Origin: a virus
DNA: 64,000 bases
Direction: 5' to 3' (one strand)
Virus record (IMG/VR): IMGVR_UViG_3300028654_000015
Span: 14,368 to 78,367 of that record
The notes beneath the pieces are model-generated. The model saw only the letters and a list, made by a program, of their open reading frames with translations, was not told where the DNA came from and made no database searches. Below, one piece after another: positions 60,162 through 64,000 of this stretch (the first letter of the stretch is position 1; each line of letters opens with the position of its first letter). The position numbers and the translations under genes are program-made.

Positions 60162-61097
60162 ATGGAACAAATACTTTGGGTTGAAAAATATCGGCCCAGG
60201 ACAGTAAATGACTGTATATTACCATCATACCTAAAGGCCACATTCCAAGGAATGGCAACCAAAAATTTTATACCGAATATGACATTATTTGGTGAATCTG
60301 GTATGGGTAAAACTACCATAGCAAGAGCAATATGTGATGAATTAAATATAGACCCACTATTCATTAATAGTTCAGATGAACGTGGTATTGATGTTCTAAG
60401 AACGAAAGTAAAATCATATGCGTCAAGTATGTCTTTTGATGGTAAAAGAAAAGTAGTTATACTTGATGAAGCAGACCAAATGACACCAGAAGCACAAGGA
60501 ACATTAAGAGGTATCATTGAAGAATTTATTAATAATTGTTCTTTTATTTTGACTTGTAATTATAGTAATAAAATATTACCAGCAATTCGTTCCCGATGTC
60601 CCGTTCAAGAGTTTAAAATACCAAAAGATGAAAAGAAAGACATTTATAAACAATTATTTGAACGTATTTGTAATATCTTACAAGAAGAAAATGTAACGTA
60701 TGATAAGAAAATTATAGTAGAACTTATTGGTAAATTCTTTCCTGATTTTAGAGTATTATTGAATAGGTTGCAAATTTTCGCTCAAGATAATGGTGAGATT
60801 AATACTGGAGTTTTGGCAAGTTTTTCGGAAATAGATGTAAATTCTTTATTTAAACATCTTAAACAAAAAGAATATTCTGATACTAGAGAATGGGTAGTTC
60901 AGAATTTGGATTCAGATCCTATGAGAATATATCGTCAAATCTATGACGGTCTGAAACCTCATATGAAAACTACATCTATACCAAAAGCAGTTATACTTCT
61001 TAGTGAATATCAATATCGTTCCGCTTTTTCTGTTGACCAAGAAATATGTCTCATGGCATTTCTAACACAACTGATGGCACAGTGTGAATGGACATGA
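60162..61097 (+). CDS. gp44: Clamp loader ATPase subunit gp44
   Basis: LWVEKYRP, GESGMGKTT, ILDEAD, SRC. Confidence 0.95.
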   Translation: MEQILWVEKYRPRTVNDCILPSYLKATFQGMATKNFIPNMTLFGESGMGKTTIARAICDELNIDPLFINSSDERGIDVLRTKVKSYASSMSFDGKRKVVILDEADQMTPEAQGTLRGIIEEFINNCSFILTCNYSNKILPAIRSRCPVQEFKIPKDEKKDIYKQLFERICNILQEENVTYDKKIIVELIGKFFPDFRVLLNRLQIFAQDNGEINTGVLASFSEIDVNSLFKHLKQKEYSDTREWVVQNLDSDPMRIYRQIYDGLKPHMKTTSIPKAVILLSEYQYRSAFSVDQEICLMAFLTQLMAQCEWT

Positions 61098-61570
61098 AGT
61101 TAAGTGATTTCATACAACAACCAGAGGATCGACCAAAAGAAGAAATAGAAAAATTAGAAAAATCTTCTACTAATATTTGGTCTGTTGTTAATGATATATT
61201 TAATGGTGATGGTTTAGATTCTGATGTAGTTTCTTTGTTATCAAATCCATATATTATTAATAGAGCATTAAGTCATCATATAGATACACTTTTTGATGCT
61301 CAATCTATGAATGAGAAAGCATTCTTACCTAAAATTTTACAATATGATTATCTATTTCATAGTACAAGAAAATATAGAAGACCTAGAACAGAATGGTTTA
61401 AAAAAGAGAAAAATGAAGAAGTTCAAATATTAAAAGAATATTATGGATGTAGTGAAAGACGAGCGAGAGAATATGTTGCAGTTCATACAGAAGAACAGAT
61501 AGATAATATAAGATCTAAGATGAAGAAGGGTGGAATAGATGAGAAGAAATTCAAGAAAATTGCCAGATGA
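61088..61570 (+). CDS. gp62: Clamp loader subunit gp62
   Basis: PYIINRALS...MN...LQYDY, KEYYGCS..RA, KGG. Confidence 0.85.
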   Translation: MDMKLSDFIQQPEDRPKEEIEKLEKSSTNIWSVVNDIFNGDGLDSDVVSLLSNPYIINRALSHHIDTLFDAQSMNEKAFLPKILQYDYLFHSTRKYRRPRTEWFKKEKNEEVQILKEYYGCSERRAREYVAVHTEEQIDNIRSKMKKGGIDEKKFKKIAR

Positions 61571-61745
61571 AGAATTGATCGAACTGGAAAGAATCTTAAT
61601 TTCAATTCGAGATTCCATAGATGATAGCCAACAAAATCTAAAAGATTGTCTTAATACTTTGCGAGGATTGGAAAAGAATCTATATCTTCCAAGTACAAGG
61701 AGGACTTTCTTCCAACGTCTATTAAGTTTGTTTTCTAATAAATAA
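61539..61745 (+). CDS. Hypothetical protein
   Basis: ORF filling the gap between g62 and regA. Confidence 0.4.
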   Translation: MRRNSRKLPDEELIELERILISIRDSIDDSQQNLKDCLNTLRGLEKNLYLPSTRRTFFQRLLSLFSNK

Positions 61746-61787
61746 TCATGTTGTTTGATATGTTGAACTTTTACAAGAACATGATTT

Positions 61788-62207
61788 ATGTCAGATCTAG
61801 AAAATCCATTTGGGGACATTGGTATTCTAATTACATTCAAGAAACCAGATGATTTTCGTATAATCAGAGAAACCCTTACAAGAATTGGAATTGCATCCAA
61901 AAATGAGAAGAAATTGTGTCAAAGTTGTCACATTCTTCATAAAAAAGGAAAATATGCAATATTACACTTCAAAGAATTGTTCAAATTGGATGGAAAATCG
62001 ACAGATATAACTGAAAGTGATATAGCAAGAAGAAATACTATAGCCAATATTTTAGCAGAATGGGGTTTGTTAGAATTAATAAATCCAGAAAAAAGTAAAG
62101 AACCTGTTTGTACCTTATCACAGATTAAAATCATTTCTTCTGAAGATAAGAAAAATTGGATATTAGATGCGAAATATTCAATAGGTAAAACCAAACGATA
62201 TAATTAA
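61788..62207 (+). CDS. regA: Translational repressor RegA
   Basis: PDDF..IRETLTRIGIAS...L.QSCHILHK.G.Y.I.HFKELF.LDG. Confidence 0.95.
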   Translation: MSDLENPFGDIGILITFKKPDDFRIIRETLTRIGIASKNEKKLCQSCHILHKKGKYAILHFKELFKLDGKSTDITESDIARRNTIANILAEWGLLELINPEKSKEPVCTLSQIKIISSEDKKNWILDAKYSIGKTKRYN

Positions 62208-62236
62208 TTGACAAAAATAGAATTCCATACTAAACT
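62208..62236 (+). promoter_or_regulatory. Sigma70-like promoter TTGACA-N17-TAAACT
   Basis: Perfect -35 and 17-bp spacer; ends 6 nt before ATG 62243. Confidence 0.7.
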
Positions 62237-62242
62237 TAATGT

Positions 62243-62797
62243 ATGGATGAGACCCCATTAATAATTACAACATCTGATTCATCAGTAGTGCCTGTTCTAA
62301 AAGTTCATAGATTATATGATGATGTAATTCTTCCGAAATATTCAACAGAAAATTCTGCATGTTTTGATATACATGCATATATAACTCAAGATTCTCGCCC
62401 CTTGGTATATCCTAGACACAATAGACCATATGAAGAGATGGTCATTTTTGGTAATGAACGACAAATATTACATGGTGGTGACAGAGTTTTGATTCCTACA
62501 GGATTGATTTTTGATATTCCACCAGGATATTCTTTAAGATTACACCCTAGATCTGGTCTAGCATTAAAACATGGTATTACATTAGTAAATGCTGAAGGTA
62601 TTGTAGATGAAGATTATATACAAGAAGTTAAAATTATTTTATTAAATACTTCTCAGTTTTTTGCAACTATTAAAAATGGTGATAGAATTTGTCAAGCAGA
62701 ATTAGTAGAAGATAAGAGAGCACAATTAATTGAAATTGATGCTCCGCCTAATATTAAAACAAATCGCTCTGGCGGTTTTGGTAGTACTGGTATATGA
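62243..62797 (+). CDS. dut: Trimeric dUTPase
   Basis: SACFDI, PRSGLA, GIVDEDY, GDRICQ, RSGGFGSTG. Confidence 0.92.
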   Translation: MDETPLIITTSDSSVVPVLKVHRLYDDVILPKYSTENSACFDIHAYITQDSRPLVYPRHNRPYEEMVIFGNERQILHGGDRVLIPTGLIFDIPPGYSLRLHPRSGLALKHGITLVNAEGIVDEDYIQEVKIILLNTSQFFATIKNGDRICQAELVEDKRAQLIEIDAPPNIKTNRSGGFGSTGI

Positions 62798-63486
62798 AAA
62801 TTGTTTTAATCTCAGATACTCATGGTTTGCACCGAGTAGTTGGTCCGAAGTTACCTGAAGCAGATATTCTTATTCATGCAGGTGATATTCTCAATTCTGG
62901 TAAAAGAATTGAAGAGGTTGCTTCATATGCTTTATGGTTGAAGACCGAAAGCCATAAATTCAATCATATTATCCAAATTGCTGGTAATCACGATTTTCAT
63001 CTTCAGGATCAAAAAAGATTATGTATTGAGATGATGGCAGAAAAAATAGAAGAGAAGTTTCATTATCTAGAAAATGAAGAAGTTGTAATAGATGATATTA
63101 AGTTTTATGGCTCGCCAATTACTCCAACATTTTGTAATTGGGCATTTATGGAAGATAGAGGCGCCCCAATTAAGAAATACTGGGATGCTATACCAGAAGA
63201 TGTGAATGTATTAATTACACATGGACCTCCACATGGAATATTAGATTTTGTTCATTATGATAAAATTCATGTTGGTTGTGAAGAATTAAAGAAGAAAATA
63301 GATAGTTTAAAAAACTTGAAAATCCATTGTTTCGGCCATATCCACGAAACCAGAGGCATTCATGAAGATAATGGAGTTTTTTATTTCAATCCTAGTATTT
63401 GCGATTTGCATTATAATCCTTGGAACAAACCAATAGTTATAGATTATTTACAACATGCAAATATTATTTCTGTTATCGATTCTTAA
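62794..63486 (+). CDS. Calcineurin-like metallophosphoesterase (MPPED/239FB-like)
   Basis: SDTH, HAGD, AGNHD, THGPP, FGHIHE. Confidence 0.85.
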   Translation: MKIVLISDTHGLHRVVGPKLPEADILIHAGDILNSGKRIEEVASYALWLKTESHKFNHIIQIAGNHDFHLQDQKRLCIEMMAEKIEEKFHYLENEEVVIDDIKFYGSPITPTFCNWAFMEDRGAPIKKYWDAIPEDVNVLITHGPPHGILDFVHYDKIHVGCEELKKKIDSLKNLKIHCFGHIHETRGIHEDNGVFYFNPSICDLHYNPWNKPIVIDYLQHANIISVIDS

Positions 63487-63538
63487 TATATTTTTCTTGC
63501 ACAAATTAAAATTAACAGTATAATTACTATTCATTAGT

Positions 63539-63546
63539 AATAAATA
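63539..63546 (+). promoter_or_regulatory. T4-type late promoter (AATAAATA) for the lysozyme
   Basis: 9 nt upstream of ATG 63556. Confidence 0.55.
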
Positions 63547-63555
63547 TTGGTAATT

Positions 63556-64000
63556 ATGCAGGTAAGTGAAGACGGTATCAACCTAACCAAATCATTCGAA
63601 AGTTTAAAATTACACTCTTATCCAGACAGTGAGGGTGTACCCACTGTAGGATGGGGAACTACTCATATTAACGGAGTACCTGTAACTCTAGGTATGACTA
63701 TTACTCAAGATGAAGCAGAAGAATATCTTAGAGCAGACTATAAGAAATTTGAAAATTCTATTAATTCACTTGTTAAGGTTGAATTGAGTCAACAACAATT
63801 CGATGCAGTTGCAGATTTTGTATATAATGAAGGTCCTACTCATTTTGCATCTTCAACATTATTGAAATTAATCAACGAATCAGATTTTGAAAATGCTAAA
63901 AATGAATTTATCAAATGGGATAAAGCAGGAGGGCATGTCTTGTCCGGTCTTCTAAGACGTAGACAAGCAGAAGCAGATCTTTTTGAAAAGGGTACTCAAT
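63556..64000 (+). CDS. GH24 phage lysozyme (endolysin), 3'-truncated; absent from the ORF track
   Basis: MQVSEDGINLTKSFESLKLHSYPDSEGVPTVGWG (E-x8-D-x5-T triad), QQQFDA..DF.YN.G, GLLRRRQAE. Confidence 0.9.
   Translation, partial: MQVSEDGINLTKSFESLKLHSYPDSEGVPTVGWGTTHINGVPVTLGMTITQDEAEEYLRADYKKFENSINSLVKVELSQQQFDAVADFVYNEGPTHFASSTLLKLINESDFENAKNEFIKWDKAGGHVLSGLLRRRQAEADLFEKGTQ

Noticed and set aside
2847-62194. The minus-strand ORFs and short alternative-frame ORFs in the ORF track
   Set aside because: They overlap well-supported + strand genes, lack recognisable motifs and look like shadow ORFs
1-64000. Stop-codon reassignment
   Set aside because: Core genes are full length in the standard code, and TAG, TGA and TAA all end genes at expected positions (for example TAG for g13 and g23)

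Overview
This window is a 64-kb, AT-rich (roughly one-third GC by eye) segment of a large T4-like myovirus. All credible genes lie on the + strand. The gene order matches cyanophage/pelagiphage-type T4-like phages: baseplate g6-g7-g8, a VrlC/DUF4815-like virion protein, a fibre cluster, holin, g13-g21, a five-gene structural insertion, g22, g23, a Hef-like endonuclease, RNA ligase, g3, small ORFs, uvsY, uvsW, g55, g47, g46, ClpP-like, DNA methyltransferase, a PQ-loop protein, a vWA/MoxR-AAA pair, g45, g44, g62, regA, dUTPase, a metallophosphoesterase and a lysozyme truncated by the window end. Structural genes follow T4-type late promoters (TATAAATA and variants), and several early genes follow sigma70-like promoters. 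The host cannot be determined from this window, and no tRNA, CRISPR array, intron or intein was seen. Five observations stand out. (1) A free-standing 73-aa ORF copies the major-capsid spine helix (28/37 aa identical, most of the conserved codons recoded) and sits in a tandem of three related mini-ORFs; it is a candidate capsid decoy or mimic. (2) An intergenic element upstream of g55 carries 11 GGA motifs on the minus strand in 135 nt, several in hairpin loops, resembling a Csr/Rsm sponge RNA. (3) Four early promoters end exactly 6 nt before the ATG, implying leaderless mRNAs. (4) A fibre-like module splits g21 from g22, and its repeat unit recurs at the N-terminus of the gp7-like baseplate protein. 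(5) A hairpin occludes the lysozyme start codon, as in T4 gene e. All family assignments come from motif recognition and synteny, not from database searches.
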